Below are positions 59,001-64,000 of a DNA stretch of 64,000 bases, piece by piece. Under the pieces are notes generated by a model that searched no databases, had not been told where the DNA came from, and saw only the letters and a list, made by a program, of their open reading frames with translations. The translations under genes were made by a program, and so were the position numbers. The stretch is from Bugula neritina (Eukaryota; Animalia; Bryozoa), in contig OZ037773.1 in the NCBI GenBank assembly GCA_964035545.1, forward strand, positions 4,121,751 through 4,185,750, read 5' to 3'. Every line of letters begins with the position of its first letter. The stretch's first letter is position 1.

Positions 59001-61205
59001 GAACTAAAGGGCTCAGTGGGACGCCTTAAGCGTAGATTACGTGCACGGCAAGCACGACACCGGATCCAGTCCCTGCAAAACTAGAAGCTGGAAGTGGACA
59101 ATTCCACCCCGCATATCCTCGGGGTACTACATTGTGATCGTGTAAATGCTTGATCTGTTAACGACCAATCTGTGTAATGATCCAGATCTCTCTCTCTGTA
59201 GCTGGCCAGCTGTGTGTTGGCCGTCTCTTTATCTTACTTATCTATATGTCGTACGTTTGATATTTCTTTTCTTTTACTTTGTGGATTTTCCTTACTTATG
59301 TCATTTTTGCATTATTATACTATTTTGTTTTATCAGAAAGTGGGGCTTTCTGCTTGTGGGGGCGGTGTAATGGGATTAGGTAGTATAATAATGGGGTCGT
59401 CCCCTCCTATATGGAATACTTATAACTATGTTCTACTATCCAATCAGAGGGACCGGAAGACAAGGTTCCGGTCAAGTGACTGTGCGCGGGTTAGCTAGCG
59501 GAAACCATGCGTTGTTGAGAGCAGGGACTCGTAGTAGTAACATGTGTTTATAATTGATTGATGTATTTTGGTATTCTGATATAATGTTATAATTATGTTT
59601 ATCGAGTTAAATAAAGGTTATCGTGCAAGCTCTATTAGTAGTTGCTAGTTAAATTGACATTAAATATGCAGGCAATCCACGCTTGAGAATTGTGCTAAAA
59701 CTCACAACATTATGAATTATTGCATTAAGTTATTTCCTAGGCAGCAAATATTGGCATCAAAAACCATTTATTTCTTTGGTCAAAAAACACAACCTCTAAA
59801 CGCATGCATCTTTTTATCAGTATATCTGTATCCAGTGAAGTATTTGTTAGAAATAACAATTTCTCTCATTTTCCAGTAAATAAGCAATGCTGCTTATTTC
59901 AAATATAGTGTTACTATAAGTGACTGTGTTGCTTTTGATTTACATATGTTATGTCCACTTGCAAAAGTAAAGCACTTGATCCTAAACTAAAAGTAGAAGA
60001 TAGAAGTGAACAACTTTAAAACAGTTGGTCATTGCTATTGATTTTAAAGTTGAGTGTTTTTTTAACTGCATTCAACCAATCTCTTGAATCTTGAAGGTGC
60101 TGTTAAAACTAAATTATTTTTCATCTGATGAAAGTTGAGTAAAATAATTATTACATGGTGCCGCTTAGATCATCTGGTATTTCTCAGAGTGTATTGTATA
60201 ATATGAGCATTGATAGAATGCTGCTAGTTTCTCCTATTGCAGATAGTATATGTAGCATGTGACATCCTATATAATAGTACCCTTACGAACTAGTTAGTGT
60301 AAAAGATATCACGACAAGCTATATATTCCATTAGATAGTATCATACAAGATTATGTAGTTTAGTTATCTCTCTACAGAGAAGGATGTGACTGTATCCATG
60401 AATACGGAATCCAACGGCGTGACAGCTGTAACAGGTAGGAGATTTATAACTTTACAGCCTAATTACAAATTTTCACCCTGTTGAAAGTCTATAAAGCATT
60501 GCATTAAGTTTTCTCCTATAAGCAGTAAATATTGGCATCAAAAATAATTTATTTCTTTGGTAAAAAAGCACAACCTCTAAACGCATCTTTTCATCAGTAT
60601 ATCTGTATTCAATGAAATATTTGCAAGAAATAACAATTTCTGTTACTGTCCAGTAAATAAGCAATGCTGTTTATCTCAAATATAGTGTTACTATAAGTGA
60701 CTGTGTTGCTTTTGATTTACATATGTTATGTTCACTTGCAAAAGCAAAGCACTCAATTGTAAACAAAGGGTAGAGAAGAGAAGTACGCTAATTTACAGCA
60801 ACTTTTCATCGCCACCAATTCCAAAGTTGAGATCTTTTTAACTGCATTTAATCAATCAGTCTTCTTGAGCTGCTGTGAAAACTAAATATTCTTTAATCTA
60901 ATGAAAGTTGAGTAAGAAATTGACTGACCAAACTTTATATAGGCAGTGAGAAAAATTTGTAATTGTATTTTCAAGTTATAGCCAAATAGCAACCGAGTTT
61001 TTGGACAATTATCATGCGATATAATCAAGTTAAAAAAATATTACTTTATATCTGTCTTCTCGGCTTTGCAGAAAAACGTCTGAATTTATCAACAGAAATC
61101 AAAGAGCAAGTTGATAGCGAGAATAAATCTCAAAGCAACCTGATGGCAGGCTACAGCTTGTTATCTATCATCATCCTATTCCTTTGGAACTGTATTTTAA
61201 TCTAA
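44076..61205 (+). CDS. Ig copy F (third V subfamily, stalked form); exons 44076-44486, 45015-45122, 49412-49555, 49773-50006, 50360-50416, 50709-50765, 60378-60434, 61072-61205; own leader exon missing
   Basis: All exons are open and phase 1, including three 57-nt stalk exons and the terminal EKRLNLSTEIKEQVDSENKSQSNLMAGYSLLSIIILFLWNCILI*. Large TE insertions lie in two introns. Confidence 0.65.
46323..49370 (+). mobile_element. 3.05-kb TIR DNA element with a decayed XPG/PIN-like nuclease plus Cys-rich ORF
   Basis: Perfect 18-bp TIR tagtctagaagtaacctc / gaggttacttctagacta, with a subterminal inverted ggtggccac. Remnant peptides are YEEADTKTLLHA (~47399), FHASTGCDS (~48093), LPPTKDELYLHIKRANY (~48352) and a Cys-rich tail (~48530-48610). 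Confidence 0.8.
50828..51173 (+). repeat. 5' LTR (346 bp)
   Basis: Direct repeat of 59366-59709, with about 8 substitutions and one 2-bp indel. Confidence 0.95.
51175..51192 (+). promoter_or_regulatory. Primer-binding site complementary to the tRNA-Leu 3' end
   Basis: TGGTGGCAGCGGTGGGAT is the reverse complement of ATCCCACCGCTGCCACCA and begins 1 nt after the LTR end. Confidence 0.88.
51208..52143 (+). CDS. gag: Gag (capsid-like plus CCHC zinc knuckle), 311 aa, intact
   Basis: VPTFSG..VEQF...F...W capsid-like start and CWECGRPGHFQKHC knuckle, directly after the PBS. Confidence 0.9.
   Translation: MTERGTELPIRRNKCEEDNVAIPIEPEVRVHRECYEEKYWLRVPTFSGEEPVEQFVQEFQDVMKVAQWPPRIALLKLWMALSDKAKPYGVEPDIDGIFASLRARFGISAVDARARLQRLRRDPHTPLQEHATTVMRLAQIAFRDLPQVNRERYTYDAFMQSINDLGLLHQLLARGVTTVEGALAEREAYLLASQLHRNRVTSRQVDMEPSAAPTASNAKTPAVAKVTQMTVASKVTQMTDMLAKLVSALAPLSQLDTTRELDGPLVQSPGRGHPSCWECGRPGHFQKHCPRLQPGLNYDDSRMLPHPAGRR
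52092..53760 (+). pseudogene. pol: Degenerate pol: aspartic protease and integrase Zn-binding remnant; no RT, RNase H or integrase core recognisable
   Basis: FLLDTGCTTN...DAILGMPFL with an in-frame TAG at 52635-52637; EVHQQAHWG...VRQCGVCRASK with stops. It is in the -1 frame relative to gag. Confidence 0.85.
54885..58806 (+). repeat. 3.9-kb host segment inside the LTR element; its first 462 bp match 63539-64000
   Basis: Abrupt switch from GC-rich to AT-rich sequence. 54885-55346 and 63539-64000 show no difference that I could see, and 56920-58806 is paralogous to 43865-45780. Confidence 0.93.
56404..58174 (+). CDS. Ig copy G, 5' part only (leader 56404-56452, V exon 57133-57543, exon 58067-58174), nested in the LTR element
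   Basis: TATA box, leader MMLYLSYLMCLFIRIS and an open F-type V exon (weak donor gtcatt), truncated in intron 3 at ~58806. Confidence 0.75.
59366..59709 (+). repeat. 3' LTR (344 bp)
   Basis: Preceded by the PPT-like gtgggggcgg and followed by TSD TTAT. Confidence 0.95.
60165..60920 (+). repeat. Second copy of a ~0.75-kb intron/stalk-exon tandem duplication (first copy 50493-50827 plus 59714-60160)
   Basis: ttagatcatctgg...tgctgctagtttctcctattgcagatag...exon...ttgcattaagtt...gttgagtaa is repeated. Confidence 0.85.
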
Positions 61206-62454
61206 GTTCCATATATTTCGCAACAAAAGACAAGTTTGAAGAAGGTATCTAGTTGTATTTTACAAGTTTTAATAAAGCAATTTGTTGATTAAATGACAAT
61301 CAGCTGAACAAGCATGATTGAAAAACATAAATATGAGGGCAAAGGATCGCAAAATTCCCTTATGAATACTAATATAAAATATGTCACTTGATGTATATAT
61401 CAGAAACGCAAGCATTGCTTTTATAGAAAAGAACATTTAAGTTTTGAAATGTGAGCCATGAACACCAAAAGTTTTCATAACTGTTTGAGGTATTTTGAAG
61501 TTTTAAAAGTATATCAGTGTGTCGTAGCATATGTCATGCAGTCAGGATTAAAACTAAAATATATATATGAATATATTGTATGTAACTACACTTATAACTT
61601 ATGCAAGCTATTTTCTATAAACTTGTAATACTTTATTATTATAGAAGTGTTAAAATATTTCTGACCTGAAAATTTTAAAGTTTTTAAAATTTATATCAAT
61701 TGACCATTTTCGCATCATAGAAACTTTGTCAATTTGCTTTAAAATAAAAAACACATATTGTCTATAAAACAAATGAACAATTGCGGAACATTTATTTGAT
61801 GGAGCTATCAATGTATTCTAATTTGGAATAAAAAAATAGAACTCATTAGCTATGCAAGTCACACACTGGCCTTTCAATTAAACATTGTGTTTTATAGAAC
61901 AAAACACACAAGATAGTTATACAAAACGAAAACAATAAAACTTTTTTCATTTTCTGGTAAAATATCTGAGATAGTGCTGAAAGTTTTATAAAAGTATGGT
62001 CTATCTGCATTTTCTATACTGCTTTTAATAATTTTTGCTGTATGTAGGTTTAATTTTTATTTATTTGTTTTTAGGAACTTGGCTACAGAAAACAAAAGTT
62101 TCAAGATAAGCAAAGAACTTACACATGGTGTAGATTTCAAGCAATTCAAGCATGCTAAAATTTGAAACTTTAAATTTAAATTATAATCCAAGCATGTCAA
62201 AAGATTGAAGAATGTAAAAATTAAAAATAAGTTAATGTGCAATATTTCAATAAAATAAAGATCCAAAAACTAAATTGAATTTAAATCTTCACTATATCTA
62301 TAATAATATATTTTCTGACTAGAAAAAATTATGTATACTTATAGGAATTATAGATATTATTACTATATGCAAATCATGTATGAAGTCAATTGAAAAAAGA
62401 CTATTAATTTGAAATAAAGTCGTAGTTAAGTAACCACCCTATACATACAATATA

Positions 62455-62605
<151 letters not shown>

Positions 62606-63117
62606 TGTGTGTTAAAGACACACAGCTGCCTGCTAAAAAGTCAGTTACAAGTCACAAAAAAGCCGGACGAATACTTTGAGATTGGAACACATACTAAAAG
62701 TATTAAAAACTGAAATTGAAACAACTTGTAAACCTTTGAACCAAAATTGGTTTAATTTTGATTAAACAAGTAGTTTAAGGTAATGTTTTTACTATTTGGC
62801 ACTCATCCAGTTGATTTTGATGATATTTTCTGATACAGAAGAAGTTATATCAATTCGAGCAGACGCCAAATAATCAAACAATCATCTACCTAAAATAGAC
62901 ACAAGGACTACAAAATAAACCTGCATGGAAACATAGCGGAGAAAAAGGAAAATGGGACTAAACGCATTAAAGTGTCAAAAACTCTGGCTATTGTTTTAGT
63001 GGGGCAAAGTGACAGATATAAAGTGAAAGCTTATACAATTGGCTAAAAAGTTGTACTAGAATTTCATACATGGCACGGCATAAAAATACAGAGCTTACTC
63101 GAGAAAACTTCCACATT

Positions 63118-63510
63118 TTAACTTCTGCAGATATACTTCTGAAAACTAAACTTTTCCCCCATCTCCTCCTTCAAATCCTCTAAAGTAAAACTTCCTTCTG
63201 TTTGCAATTGATTTAAGTACAGTTAGTTAATGTAGAGAAAAAATAAATCTTTCACATCTACTAACTATTTCATTACTGGTTGCAGGTCCTTCTATACCAG
63301 AGACAGTAACGATGTCGTTAGTTTATGAACTTTCAGATATTTCTTTCTTTCAAATCCACAACTGTATATTGCATTGTCTCTTTATCAGCTTGATATTGTA
63401 TCTGTAAGATTATCAGCTCTGACATCTATTAGATAATTAGTGATTTGTATATACATCTGATGAACTCAGAAAACTGCATGTCATATTTGTAAATGTTTAT
63501 CTGTGATTAT
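63118..63510 (-). pseudogene. Decayed, inverted V-exon relic of the Ig family (copy H)
   Basis: The reverse complement contains ttacagatacaatatcaagctgataaag (LQ.QYQ.DK), gacatcgttactgtctctggtatagaaggacct (DIVTVSGIEGP) and gaagttttactttagaggatttgaaggagga (KFYFRGFEGG, with the second canonical Cys lost), plus frameshifts. Boundaries are approximate. Confidence 0.8.
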
Positions 63511-64000
63511 GCTAGTGTCCAGTCTGTTTGGCGATTTTGCTTTTTTGCTTTCTTGTGTGTTCTCCAAACTAAAAGAACCACTATGAACTTAACCATCCTT
63601 TCATCTATTTCACGGTCTGTCTCTCTAACACCACTGATATCATGGATATCATTTTCATCTTTTTTCCTGGTGAATGCTTGATGTAATGCAGCTTAAATGG
63701 AAAACACATCCAGGTGACTTGGTGATGTTACTTGTAACTAAAGGCGGTTTTTTTTATTTCAAATCTGTACAGAGAACAAAGAGCAAGCAATGGTTCCGGC
63801 AGCCAATTTGAATAGCCTGAACCCTTCTGATTCTGAATCCCAACCCACTAGTTCAGTTTGGGAATCTAAATTACTATCAAACTTTGAGGGTTTTGCCATG
63901 TAAAAACTGAGTATAGTGCCTGTAACATATTTCTATTTATATTTTCCTAATTAGTATCAACATTGTCAATAATTGTGTTTTTGATGATTTAATTTTTTCA

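Larger units (their letters stand above)
54347..59084 (+). pseudogene. Spliced accessory gene of the LTR element (C2H2 zinc finger, probable C-terminal coiled coil), interrupted by the host insert; pieces 54347-54368, 54633-54884, 58806-59084
   Basis: ATG mini-exon with an AG|GTGAGT donor and a phase-matched acceptor ctcttgcag|; CHVC-X12-HVNAH; heptad-like RLATVEERLLRLQDEF...LSELKGSVGRLKRRL; in-frame TAG at 54746-54748. Confidence 0.55.
50828..59709 (+). mobile_element. Non-autonomous Ty3/Gypsy LTR retrotransposon, 8.9 kb, carrying a host insert
   Basis: LTRs TG...CA at 50828-51173 and 59366-59709, TSD TTAT, PBS, a G-rich PPT before 59366, and gag, protease and integrase Zn-finger remnants. 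The paralogous intron at ~60480-60500 shows the empty site. Confidence 0.95.

Overview
AT-rich, intron-containing animal genomic DNA, probably an invertebrate (taxon cannot be fixed from the sequence). The first 13 kb holds three conserved housekeeping genes: the 3' exons of DNPH1 (+), a complete MORN5 (-) and a complete mitoguardin/MIGA (+). From ~14 kb to the window end lies a rapidly evolving tandem array of a three-Ig-domain, probably GPI-anchored cell-surface gene family (copies A-G on +, plus a decayed V exon H on -). The N-terminal V-like domains are diverged and mosaic, while the membrane-proximal exons are nearly identical. The array was shaped by a ~14.5 kb segmental duplication that carried along the 3' half of MIGA, by module swaps at intronic breakpoints, by 57-nt stalk-exon duplication and by transposons. 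An 8.9 kb non-autonomous Gypsy LTR element (TSD TTAT, tRNA-Leu PBS) sits in an intron of copy F and carries a 3.9 kb piece of the Ig locus itself (promoter, leader, V exon and next exon). A 3 kb TIR element carries remnants of an XPG/PIN-like nuclease ORF. Exon boundaries were read by hand and checked for phase and frame; identities are by-eye estimates.
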